DNA of 64,000 bases, from IMG/VR virus record IMGVR_UViG_3300005805_009498, positions 8,447-72,446 of that record; one strand, written 5' to 3'. The notes below the pieces were generated by a model. It saw only the letters and a program-made list of their open reading frames with translations. It had not been told where the DNA came from and ran no database searches. The position numbers and the translations under genes are program-made. Of the stretch, positions 47,732-55,941 are shown piece by piece. Source of the DNA: a virus. Its lineage: Duplodnaviria > Caudoviricetes. How positions within the stretch are numbered: the first letter of the stretch is position 1; the number at the start of each line of letters is the position of its first letter.

Positions 47732-47769
47732 GATTGATTTATACGTCCTTTAAACTTGCTTGGTTATAC

Positions 47770-48822
47770 CTAAAATAAAGCGATGATTTTTGTTTTTCTC
47801 GTTGGTTTTCCTGTTTCAAAATCATACATGTATGAGTGTCTGGATAGATGTACGGATCCAGGTTTTTCCATACACTGTTCCGCGTATTTTTCAGGGTCCA
47901 TCACATACCATTCATCTGGCCACCTAATGACCATATAATCATGGTCGTAAGAGAAATCGCTAATAAGTCTATTGAATTCCTTTACCGCATCTGATCTTTG
48001 TTGTCTTGTTCCGAAAAAAGGAGATCCTTTATACCATCCGGTTTTTGGGATCTTCCTTTCTTCGTGTTCTATGGGAAGAAGAGAAACCAACCAGACATTT
48101 TCTATTCCTCTATTGTCTTTAAGATCCTTTGCAAACTCTGCATATCTTTTAGCAAGATCAAGCAACGACGCCATTGGATCTTCCTGTCTAAAAATATGAT
48201 GCCTAACGTCTATGTTACCCATGTAAAGGATCACGTTTTTGGTTCCTTCAGGGAAATTAAATTGATCCTTTTTGTTTAAAAACCCGTGTAAAGTTTGGCC
48301 ATCGTTCCTGCTAATGTTTGCCCCTGGTTCATAGATAGAGACAGCATGACTGTCCCCATAGATGAAGGTTTTACTGTTAAGAACAACATCAATTCGAGGA
48401 ATGGACTCTGATATGGACTTATATCGTGAGGCGTCAAGTTCAACCCACTCTTCGCATGCGCCCTTTGCTCTTGAATTTATGAATTCACCGATATCAGGCA
48501 TATCGTGATTCAATATGAATATTTTTCCTTTAAATGATTCTAGCCTTTTTACCCTGTCTGCTACTTCCTTTGTTGCTCCTCCAAATAAGTTGAAAGTTCC
48601 TTGAAACTCCATAGGAAGAAGTATCAACCAAACATCGTAATTATGAATGTTATCGTCCTTAGTAAGGACATCGCATTCTATTTCAAGGCTGTTTAATTGA
48701 CAGCGTATTAGATATGGCCAGGAGGATTTGTGGGATTCTTTTTTTCTGCTATATGACGTAACAACGTCGTCTATGGCAATCCTTTTTCCCCTTAGATCAT
48801 CAAGAGCATCATATATGTTCAT
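47770..48822 (-). CDS. Fusion of a T4 beta-glucosyltransferase-like N-terminal domain and an SGNH hydrolase/acyltransferase domain
   Basis: N-half KRIAI...YLI...CDVLTK...NYDVWLIL...FNLFGG...FKGKIFILNHD parallels T4 BGT (KIAII...YLF...VDIISLK...DYDRLIVV...INFFGG...YKSKIYYLFTD). C-half has GDSH, G175, GNID and SVH blocks. Confidence 0.65.
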   Translation of the reverse strand: MNIYDALDDLRGKRIAIDDVVTSYSRKKESHKSSWPYLIRCQLNSLEIECDVLTKDDNIHNYDVWLILLPMEFQGTFNLFGGATKEVADRVKRLESFKGKIFILNHDMPDIGEFINSRAKGACEEWVELDASRYKSISESIPRIDVVLNSKTFIYGDSHAVSIYEPGANISRNDGQTLHGFLNKKDQFNFPEGTKNVILYMGNIDVRHHIFRQEDPMASLLDLAKRYAEFAKDLKDNRGIENVWLVSLLPIEHEERKIPKTGWYKGSPFFGTRQQRSDAVKEFNRLISDFSYDHDYMVIRWPDEWYVMDPEKYAEQCMEKPGSVHLSRHSYMYDFETGKPTRKTKIIALF

Positions 48823-48824
48823 CT

Positions 48825-49106
48825 TTATTTCTTCTCGTTATGATAGTTCTCTAAACCTTGGATGTATGCGACAGCATCTAAAAGATTATCCCTCTTATGC
48901 TGATAGCTCTCTCTGGAAAATTTAAGGGCTATGAGGGCCTTAAACATGTGATCCGCGCTAAGGTTCATCCCTGTCATACCGTTAAATATCATTGCGGCCC
49001 TTTCCATACCTTCGCTAAATGGGCCATATTGACGATCGGCTTCTTCCGATCGATTGTTAACTATTTCTTCTGCTTGTGTTAATATGCTCATAGATTTATT
49101 ATACAT
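48825..49106 (-). CDS. DUF6378-like all-helical protein (dNTP diphosphohydrolase-like)
   Basis: RQYGPFSE...LIALKFSRE...RDNLLDAVAYI pattern. Confidence 0.7.
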   Translation of the reverse strand: MYNKSMSILTQAEEIVNNRSEEADRQYGPFSEGMERAAMIFNGMTGMNLSADHMFKALIALKFSRESYQHKRDNLLDAVAYIQGLENYHNEKK

Positions 49107-49121
49107 TGTTAGATAGAATTG

Positions 49122-49553
49122 TTATTTATCATAGCCGTTTTCGTTTATCCATCGCAAATACTTTTTTAGTTCCTTGTCCTCTACCGTTATGGAATATACG
49201 CCCTGTTGAAATATCTTCCATGAATCCGAGGCGTACTTTCCCACTCCAGGAAGGGATTCAACGGAATTTCCATCCCAATTTAACCATTTTTCAGAGAATT
49301 TTTTCCACATCTTTGCCCTTCTATTGTAAAATCCTAGAGGCCTTATTATGGATATGATTTCCTCATCCGTTGCAGAACAAAGAGATTTTGCATCAGGAAA
49401 ACGAGAGAAGAACTGGTTTCTTACCTTATCCACTTGTTTGTACCCGGTCTGATTAAGCATCATACAAACCAGGAGCATCTTCCATGGGTCGTCTTGATAG
49501 ATTTCTTGACGATATTTAAAGGGACTGGTAGGGGGCTTTGTCGTTTTTTTCAT
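49122..49553 (-). CDS. MBD4-like HhH-GPD mismatch DNA glycosylase (143 aa; real start at 49553)
   Basis: DPWKMLLVCMMLNQT...RPLGFYNRRAK...LPGVGKYASDSWKIF...EDKELKKY closely follows the MBD4 catalytic domain; the catalytic Asp is present. Confidence 0.9.
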   Translation of the reverse strand: MKKTTKPPTSPFKYRQEIYQDDPWKMLLVCMMLNQTGYKQVDKVRNQFFSRFPDAKSLCSATDEEIISIIRPLGFYNRRAKMWKKFSEKWLNWDGNSVESLPGVGKYASDSWKIFQQGVYSITVEDKELKKYLRWINENGYDK

Positions 49554-49559
49554 GATTCT

Positions 49560-49579
49560 AATATATAGAAAAACTATAT
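49560..49579. promoter_or_regulatory. Divergent promoter region with AATATATAG and an inverted ATATAG/CTATAT pair
   Basis: 29-nt gap between divergent starts at 49553 (-) and 49583 (+). Confidence 0.5.
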
Positions 49580-49582
49580 CTT

Positions 49583-49900
49583 GTGAAAACTTTTTTACAG
49601 ATAAAAAGCATAAACGAATCGAAAGAAGGATACCAGGCATTAAAAGATCTAAATAGATTACATAAGTTAGAGCTTGAGATACAGGATATCCAAAGAACGG
49701 TTGTGGAACTATTGGATAAGGCAAAGAAATATAAGATTGGAAGCAAGGAAAGAGAAAAGTTGGAAGAAAGAATGTTTAAGTTTATCGAAGAGAAGAAAAG
49801 CATTCAGGAAGAGATAGATTACGAAATTAGAATTTTTAAGCGCTCCATTGCTTTAATTGACACGGATGGACACTTAGACGTAGAAGATTTTTTTAATTAA
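49583..49900 (+). CDS. Small coiled-coil protein, putative internal head protein
   Basis: GTG start; N-terminus MKTFLQIKSINES resembles the T4 capsid-targeting sequence. Confidence 0.65.
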   Translation: MKTFLQIKSINESKEGYQALKDLNRLHKLELEIQDIQRTVVELLDKAKKYKIGSKEREKLEERMFKFIEEKKSIQEEIDYEIRIFKRSIALIDTDGHLDVEDFFN

Positions 49901-49912
49901 AAAACCTTAAGT

Positions 49913-50506
49913 ATGCCAGCAAGATCACAACAACAACAAAAAATAATGGGTTTAGCCCTTGCGTTCAAAAGAGGAGAAGTTCCATCTTCTGAAGTTAGCG
50001 ATAAGGTTAAATCATTGGCAAAAACCATGAGCATGAAAGAATTAGAGGCTTATGCATCTACAAAGCATAAAGGCCTTCCAAAAAAAGTAAAGGAGTCAAC
50101 AATGAACACACCCGGTTCTAAATTATCAACATTCGTTCAATTTATGCGCGAAAAAGAAGAAGACGTAGAAGACGTTGAAAAAATGGACAACGATGCAGAG
50201 ATGGTCGATGATACAGACGTTGATGTGGAAATCGATACGGATGATGAAATGACCGGCGATGAGAAGATGATAAGTGTAAGATCTAGCTCTCCGATGAAAC
50301 CGGTAAGAAACAAACATTCTTACGAATGGAGCGAGCCAGAATCAAAGATGATACAGTATCAGTTAAAAAACATCATTGAAAATGCAGAGGAACTTATTCA
50401 GCTTGTCGAAGGCTGCGATGAAATTGAGGATTGGGTTCAATCAAAGGTTACCCTCGCAGATGATTACATCTCTACCCTAAGGGATTACATGAAACACAGG
50501 GACTAA
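49913..50506 (+). CDS. DUF3008-like N-domain protein, putative internal head protein
   Basis: MPARSQQQQKIMG...MSMKELEAYASTKHKGLPKKV is DUF3008-like; acidic linker; C-terminal EDWVQSKVTLADDYI helix. Confidence 0.8.
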   Translation: MPARSQQQQKIMGLALAFKRGEVPSSEVSDKVKSLAKTMSMKELEAYASTKHKGLPKKVKESTMNTPGSKLSTFVQFMREKEEDVEDVEKMDNDAEMVDDTDVDVEIDTDDEMTGDEKMISVRSSSPMKPVRNKHSYEWSEPESKMIQYQLKNIIENAEELIQLVEGCDEIEDWVQSKVTLADDYISTLRDYMKHRD

Positions 50507-50527
50507 ATAAAAACTCTATAGAAAAAG

Positions 50528-50553
50528 AAAAAGGGAGCATTAGCTCCCTTTTT
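50528..50553. terminator. Bidirectional rho-independent terminator
   Basis: aaaaagggagc-atta-gctcccttttt between convergent genes. Confidence 0.9.
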
Positions 50554-50587
50554 TATTGTTCGATAGTTGGCCTTGGACAAAAATAAA

Positions 50588-50615
50588 AAACCCTCTTGGT
50601 TTCCCAAGAGGGTTT
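50588..50615 (-). terminator. Rho-independent terminator of the major capsid gene
   Basis: aaaccctcttgg-tttc-ccaagagggttt, with a T-run on the minus strand, 25 nt after the capsid stop. Confidence 0.9.
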
Positions 50616-50639
50616 ATTTAGAAATCTAGGTTTTCTAGA

Positions 50640-52475
50640 TTAGACTATACCTGCTGCAGGTGTTTCAACCCAGAATGTGTAGTATTGAGCTTCTGGATAG
50701 AATCCAGCGTCAACAAGAGCGTAACGGCTCTTAACAGCAATCTTAGGTGACATTGTTCCTTCAGCGATAGTGCTGATCGACTCCGCCATGAGGTAAGGCA
50801 TGAACTTGATGCCTGGCTCGATGTCAGCGCCCTTACGACCAACGAGGATACGTGTATCGTTCCATGTCATGTTAGGATCAACGTAAACTGTCATTCCGAA
50901 CAGCGTTCCTGCTGGATACAGCTGGCCGCTTGACTGGTTTAGGGTGTTATCGAACGGAGCAAGAGAGAATCCCTTAACGATGTTGAGGGCCGAAAGCACC
51001 TGAGCATTTGTGACAACGAAGTTCGCTGGGCCACGACGACCACGTGTGTGGATCAGGTTCGAAGCCGCATGGATCTTGCTGACGATGCGCTGTTGTGCTG
51101 TCGAGAGGTTCTCGAAGTTTCCGTAATCTGCGTAAGCTGGGATGTTGTTTGTCCATGAAAGCGCAGTGTTTGACTTACCAATGTACGATGACGTTGTTGC
51201 TGATACTGTCTGTGTTGGATCAAGCGAAAGGTTAAGTGTGAAACCTTGCGTTTGCTTAACATCGTAGTTGTTCTGCCATCCGAGTGCGAACGCGCGAGAA
51301 AGGATGTGCTTGTTGATCGACTGTGAAACTTCGTTAACAAGTACGCCTTCTGCCATAGCGAGGATATCGATACCAAACTGGCGGTTCATGTCCTGGATTT
51401 GCTCAGTTGTTACGCTGATCGTTACCTGGAATGTTCCAGCTTGTACGTTCTTTGTGAACGTTTGGATACCCATTGCACGTGGATATGTTTCTTCTCCAGT
51501 TCCACGGCTCATAGGATCGTATGGCTTTGTTCCGTCTGTGAACGGTCCGTTCCATGTGTTTGTATCATCTGCACCAGCTCCAGAGAAACCATAGATGTGA
51601 TTCTCAAGGGCAGAAACATAACCTGGACGGAAAGGAGCGCCTGTTGTTCCATTTCCTGAAGCGTACGCTGTATCGTTTGGTTGACCCGAAGTTTCACCTA
51701 CGATAGAAGAATACGTAGTGCCAGAACCAACGCCAAACGCATCAGCGATAGTTACTGTGTTTGGATTTGTGCTAGCCTGATAATCAAGCGCAGAATCAAG
51801 CACACCAGTTGAAACAACCTTGAAAATTAGATCGCCCGTTACGAACGACTTACCAACATAAACAAGCTTTGCTGCGTCGCATTCTGCAAGTGTTACCTCA
51901 TAGTCTGTTGTCTTTGAAGTATCAAGCGATGCCTCAAGAGGAACAGCATAGTATGTAGATCCAACAGTTAGCTGTCCAGTATCTCCATCGTATACCTCAG
52001 TTGCAGGCATGCTAATCATGAGCGGCTGTGTCTTGTTTGCATCTTGACCTGATGTTGCGTAATCAAGCTTACCACCTGCATAGATGTAATCTAGATAAGG
52101 AAGGATTCCCGTCGGTCCTGGCATAGGTATAACAGAGACGATGTCGAAACCGACTGTCTTTGCAGCAACCTGGATTGCCAAAGGAAGAAGCGATGGGAAC
52201 TTATCACCTGATCCCTGATACGATGTGTTGTAAAAGTTAGCAGGCGTTACCATTGCTGTACCGAGGTTAACCGGTCCTTGACCAGGAACGTTAACAAGTT
52301 GAGCAAGACCAGTTCCCTGGAATGACTCGTTCATTGTGAAGCTTTCGTTCATCTGGTGGTAGTGGCAATACTTAGAGAGCCAGTTCTTCTTGTAACCTTC
52401 CTTGACTCCAACGGACTCAAGCATAGGCGACCACTCGTTGATGATCTGTGCTTCGTTCAAAAGCTGTAGATTCAT
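50640..52475 (-). CDS. gp23: Major capsid protein, T4 gp23-like
   Basis: AAKTVGFDIVSVIPMPGPTG, FQVTISVTTEQIQDM, EVSQSINKHIL, PGIKFMPY and KIAVKSRYALV motifs; strong codon bias; downstream of the protease. Confidence 0.92.
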   Translation of the reverse strand: MNLQLLNEAQIINEWSPMLESVGVKEGYKKNWLSKYCHYHQMNESFTMNESFQGTGLAQLVNVPGQGPVNLGTAMVTPANFYNTSYQGSGDKFPSLLPLAIQVAAKTVGFDIVSVIPMPGPTGILPYLDYIYAGGKLDYATSGQDANKTQPLMISMPATEVYDGDTGQLTVGSTYYAVPLEASLDTSKTTDYEVTLAECDAAKLVYVGKSFVTGDLIFKVVSTGVLDSALDYQASTNPNTVTIADAFGVGSGTTYSSIVGETSGQPNDTAYASGNGTTGAPFRPGYVSALENHIYGFSGAGADDTNTWNGPFTDGTKPYDPMSRGTGEETYPRAMGIQTFTKNVQAGTFQVTISVTTEQIQDMNRQFGIDILAMAEGVLVNEVSQSINKHILSRAFALGWQNNYDVKQTQGFTLNLSLDPTQTVSATTSSYIGKSNTALSWTNNIPAYADYGNFENLSTAQQRIVSKIHAASNLIHTRGRRGPANFVVTNAQVLSALNIVKGFSLAPFDNTLNQSSGQLYPAGTLFGMTVYVDPNMTWNDTRILVGRKGADIEPGIKFMPYLMAESISTIAEGTMSPKIAVKSRYALVDAGFYPEAQYYTFWVETPAAGIV

Positions 52476-52495
52476 TTTTTCTTTATTTTTTAAAA

Positions 52496-54367
52496 TTATA
52501 ATTTACCAATTAGACTCTTCTTAACCTGTTCGATATAAGAAGAATTGTTACCCTTCACGGACTCAATTGTGCTGTAAGGATTTACAGATTCGTTGAGGGT
52601 TTCCGTGACGTTTCCATTGAAGTTGACAACGTCAGGCCTTGTGGCCCAGAAGTTCCTTATCTGATAAGGCGTATCAAGCTTTATGTATTGAGCCTGGGAC
52701 GCGATACGACGACGGCTTTCCTCTGAGAGGGATTCCCAAATAGGAGCGTACTCCGTTGGCATTTCCTTTATCCACTTTGGAAGACTTGCCTTCTTCCTCG
52801 ATGCAGAAAGCGAAGATTCCCAAATGTTCACAACGTCCTTCTCCGTAAAGAATATCGAGTTACTCATTGCCTCATTGACTATCTCTTTTTCAGTCAGCGG
52901 CAAGTCTATGAACTTCTTCCTTCTTTCTGGTGAAAGCAGTCTTAAGAACGGGAACTTTGCTGATTCATTCAACGTCTGAACCTTCTCTTTTTTGGCTTCA
53001 GCTATCAAATGATTTACCTTTTCGGAAAGATTATCACCGGCCAACATTGATGCCTGTTTTTCTTTCCTCTTCTTAACCATTTTCTTTTCTTTTTCATTTA
53101 TAGATTCAACAACGTAATCCGAATATTGTATGGCCTTGTCTGTCTGTTCAGCAACATATTCGGTGTATCCTATAGAATGGTTTACCGCTTCTGCAAGATA
53201 ATCGTTGTGCTTGATAGAAAGATCCAGATTTTCTCCTAGGTATTCGGAATAACCTATAGAATCGTTTAGATTCTCTGCCAGATAGTTTCCGTATTCTATT
53301 GAATCTTCGACCTTTTCTGCCAGATAATTACTGTAATTTATGTTTTGGTTTACCTTCTCTGAAATGTAGTTAGAATAAGAGATGTTCTTATCTAGATTTT
53401 CAGCGAGATAGTTTTGATAGCTGTCAGAAAGATTCAATCTCTCGGCTATGTAGTTTGAATAATCTATTGTGTCCGTCACCTTTCTCTTGAGCTTATTGAC
53501 AGAGCTAATATTCGTGTCAACATTCTCTGAAAGATAGTTACAATAGTTTATTGTTCCATTGAGCTTCTCCGCAAGATAGTTTGTGTACTCTATCAACTTC
53601 GCCATGTTGTCGTCGTTAGAAGAAGCTCTGTTAACTCTCTTTATAAGACCCGAGAGTTTCTTCTCGAGTAATTCGATCTCTCTCTTAACAAGCTTTGAAT
53701 ACTCGTTGAGCTCAGAGACCTTTACCGTATCATCCTTTGGATTTGAGCCCATAACTTTGTTATTTTTTTGTTGTTTTGTTTTTTCAATATCGCTAAATAA
53801 TGAGCCCGGATCATACATCTCCGAAACATCATATATGTGTATGTTTGATTTTGCAGAAAAACCTAGAGATTCGTTCACCAGTGAAAGCTGAGCGTTTTCA
53901 AATCCTGGGTCTGCGACTAGATCGTAAGTAAATATTTTCTTAAGTTTGACCTTTTTATCTGAGCCAACCGTTCCTGCCGCCCTTGATGAAATCGAAAGAG
54001 GAACTCCCGCTTCAACCAATCGTTTTGCGGTGATTCCTGCATCTGTGTTTAAGAGTCTTACCTTGCCCTTAAGACACCTTGTTGACTTATCGTATTCAAG
54101 ATTTTCTATTATGTGAGATACCTTTTGCAGAGAAACATCAAACTTCTCTGGATGGTCCAATTCTCCCATAAGTCTCTTTGACTTTATCTTATCGCGAAGA
54201 TAATCGAGGTGTGGAAGGTATTCGTTTTCCTCGTATATCCTATCGTTGTTATTTACAACTCCAAACTGGGCAAATATTCCCTCTAGAACTATATCTCCGT
54301 TGCCTTCGTTCTTGGATTCGAGGATTGAACTGGAATTTTCCAGTATTAAAAGAACCTTTTGATCCAT
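52496..54367 (-). CDS. gp21: Prohead protease (gp21/peptidase U9-like) fused to a scaffold-like coiled-coil region
   Basis: NNNDRIY, MGELDHP (His), SISSRAAG (Ser) and TYDLVADPGFENA, followed by 14-aa repeats. Confidence 0.92.
   Translation of the reverse strand: MDQKVLLILENSSSILESKNEGNGDIVLEGIFAQFGVVNNNDRIYEENEYLPHLDYLRDKIKSKRLMGELDHPEKFDVSLQKVSHIIENLEYDKSTRCLKGKVRLLNTDAGITAKRLVEAGVPLSISSRAAGTVGSDKKVKLKKIFTYDLVADPGFENAQLSLVNESLGFSAKSNIHIYDVSEMYDPGSLFSDIEKTKQQKNNKVMGSNPKDDTVKVSELNEYSKLVKREIELLEKKLSGLIKRVNRASSNDDNMAKLIEYTNYLAEKLNGTINYCNYLSENVDTNISSVNKLKRKVTDTIDYSNYIAERLNLSDSYQNYLAENLDKNISYSNYISEKVNQNINYSNYLAEKVEDSIEYGNYLAENLNDSIGYSEYLGENLDLSIKHNDYLAEAVNHSIGYTEYVAEQTDKAIQYSDYVVESINEKEKKMVKKRKEKQASMLAGDNLSEKVNHLIAEAKKEKVQTLNESAKFPFLRLLSPERRKKFIDLPLTEKEIVNEAMSNSIFFTEKDVVNIWESSLSASRKKASLPKWIKEMPTEYAPIWESLSEESRRRIASQAQYIKLDTPYQIRNFWATRPDVVNFNGNVTETLNESVNPYSTIESVKGNNSSYIEQVKKSLIGKL
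53090..53593 (-). repeat. Twelve tandem 14-aa repeats, consensus IxYxNYLAExLxxS
   Basis: Run from IEYTNYLAEKLNGT to IQYSDYVVESINEK; one copy is degenerate; 504 nt. Confidence 0.9.
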
Positions 54368-54401
54368 GTTTTTTTATTTTATTAAGTGTATTACCTCTTT
54401 G

Positions 54402-54410
54402 CTATATATC
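54402..54410 (-). promoter_or_regulatory. Candidate phage promoter motif GATATATAG upstream of the protease-capsid operon
   Basis: 34 nt upstream of the 54367 ATG, followed by an A-rich leader. Confidence 0.55.
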
Positions 54411-54426
54411 AATAGTTTTAGAAAAA

Positions 54427-55281
54427 TTAAGTTAAGAACAAATTTCTCTCGGTTTCTCTTCTTCTTGTCAAGCCCTTTAACACCTTGCCTTTTGATTTAT
54501 TCCATTTTGAAAAATCTGCAGCCGCCCCCTGATAATCCTTATCGTTAAGTTTTGTAAGAAGCGAGCTTTTCTTTAGGTTTCCTCCGCCCACGTTATATGT
54601 AAATGAAACCAACGCGTCATATTGGTTTTGGCTCAGAGGGACTTTTACGTATTTCTTTACGTAGTTTTCGTATCCTACAACCTTCTTTCTTAAAAGGGCA
54701 TCGGCCTGTTGTTCGGTCATGGAGGTATACTCCCCGGGTTTCATCGTGACGCCGTATCCGATGGTTAATTTTCCGCCCGCACAGATGTATGGAGTGGATC
54801 TAAATCCCTCGAATTTTTTTATGAGGTTTATTCCGTTTTCGGATATTGAAATCCCTAAAACGTTTGACGGTATCGATTTTTTCTGCGTTTCGGCGTTGGA
54901 TAAATTTTTAGAATCTTTAGGGTTCTCTTCGGATTTGGTTTCTTGCTTTTTACTTAAGGATATCTGGTTGTTTATTTTAGCAGATAATGAATTAGCAATT
55001 TCCTTTGTTATTGGATCCGATTCTATTGTTGTACGTATATCTATAGAATCTATCGAAGAATTTATACTTTCTCCCGAATTTAAAAGCGATACTAATTTAT
55101 CCCTGTCAAATGTTATTTCGGTTGCGTACGAATCGGAATTTTTAGGTTCGTTCCCTGAGACTATTTCCCTTATATTGTTTATATCGTCTTCCGAAAATCC
55201 GTTAGAGGCAACAGAAAACGATCGTACGAATGGTACGTAGTATTTTATTTCCGATTTGCTTTCTAGTATGAAGGATCTCAT
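54427..55281 (-). CDS. GH24 lysozyme with an N-terminal extension
   Basis: ISENGINLIKKFEGFRSTPYICAGGKLTIGYG (E-x8-C-x5-T), LSQNQYDALVSFTYNVG and GLTRRRETE. Confidence 0.92.
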   Translation of the reverse strand: MRSFILESKSEIKYYVPFVRSFSVASNGFSEDDINNIREIVSGNEPKNSDSYATEITFDRDKLVSLLNSGESINSSIDSIDIRTTIESDPITKEIANSLSAKINNQISLSKKQETKSEENPKDSKNLSNAETQKKSIPSNVLGISISENGINLIKKFEGFRSTPYICAGGKLTIGYGVTMKPGEYTSMTEQQADALLRKKVVGYENYVKKYVKVPLSQNQYDALVSFTYNVGGGNLKKSSLLTKLNDKDYQGAAADFSKWNKSKGKVLKGLTRRRETERNLFLT

Positions 55282-55285
55282 GATC

Positions 55286-55294
55286 CTATATACT
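55286..55294 (-). promoter_or_regulatory. Candidate promoter motif variant AGTATATAG
   Basis: 4 nt upstream of the lysozyme ATG, in an 18-nt gap. Confidence 0.4.
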
Positions 55295-55299
55295 ATTTT

Positions 55300-55941
55300 T
55301 TATATGTGAACTGCTAAAAGTTCAGGAACTTCAATCCATTCGAACATTTTTCCAAGCCTATCGTAGGTGTAACCGTCATTATAATAACCTTGTTCTCCCG
55401 AGAATGTGTCCCAACCGCATGCGATCATAGCTTCCCTTCTAACAACCACCTGTTGCGTATCGATGTTTTGAAACACCGGTGGTATACCATTTATGACCTG
55501 TGGAGCAGAACCTAAGTGCTGAGGAAGGGGCCCTAGATGTAGAATCTTACATATTGAAAAAGCTTTATCGGGATTAGATTCCAACGCCTCTACGTTTCTT
55601 TCCACAAAGTGGGAAAACAGGACGTTATCATCGTCCATGTGAACCAAATACTTTATACTTAAATCGGATTCTATGAAGTTTCTAAGAACGTATTCTCTAA
55701 CTCCACCGCCGTAGGAGTTGGTGTTTTCTCCTGTACACACATAGATGATATACGGATCCTGAAGAGATTCAACGTATTGCTTTACGTGTTCTTCTTCCGG
55801 TCCGTCCGAACATATTATGTGTAACATCGATCCGGCATATGATTGGGATCTGACAGAACGAACCCCACGATCTATTATGTTTATGTCCCTCTTGTATGTC
55901 GGGGTTATTATTGCAACCTTTGGTAGCTGTGGATTTATCAT
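55300..55941 (-). CDS. Glycosyltransferase family 2 (GT-A)
   Basis: KVAIITPTYKR...IICSDG...YLVHMDDDN. Confidence 0.88.
   Translation of the reverse strand: MINPQLPKVAIITPTYKRDINIIDRGVRSVRSQSYAGSMLHIICSDGPEEEHVKQYVESLQDPYIIYVCTGENTNSYGGGVREYVLRNFIESDLSIKYLVHMDDDNVLFSHFVERNVEALESNPDKAFSICKILHLGPLPQHLGSAPQVINGIPPVFQNIDTQQVVVRREAMIACGWDTFSGEQGYYNDGYTYDRLGKMFEWIEVPELLAVHI

Noticed and set aside
45949-49553. Eukaryotic or giant-virus origin suggested by MBD4, DUF707 and collagen
   Set aside because: T4-like capsid, protease, neck and baseplate genes, overlapping operons and rho-independent terminators indicate a bacteriophage.
49554-49724. 57-aa N-terminal extension of the glycosylase in the ORF track
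   Set aside because: It overlaps the divergent plus-strand gene and promoter region; the MBD4-like sequence begins just after the ATG at 49553.
50623-50641. Third hairpin aatctag-gtttt-ctagatt at the capsid stop
   Set aside because: A weak 7-bp AT-rich stem; the adjacent 12-bp terminator already explains termination.
50645-51697. Alternative-frame ORFs within the capsid gene
   Set aside because: Explained by strong codon bias of a highly expressed gene; the translations are uninformative.
54427-55281. Inactive lysozyme because Cys replaces the triad Asp
   Set aside because: E-x8-C-x5-T is a known active GH24 variant (P1 Lyz type).
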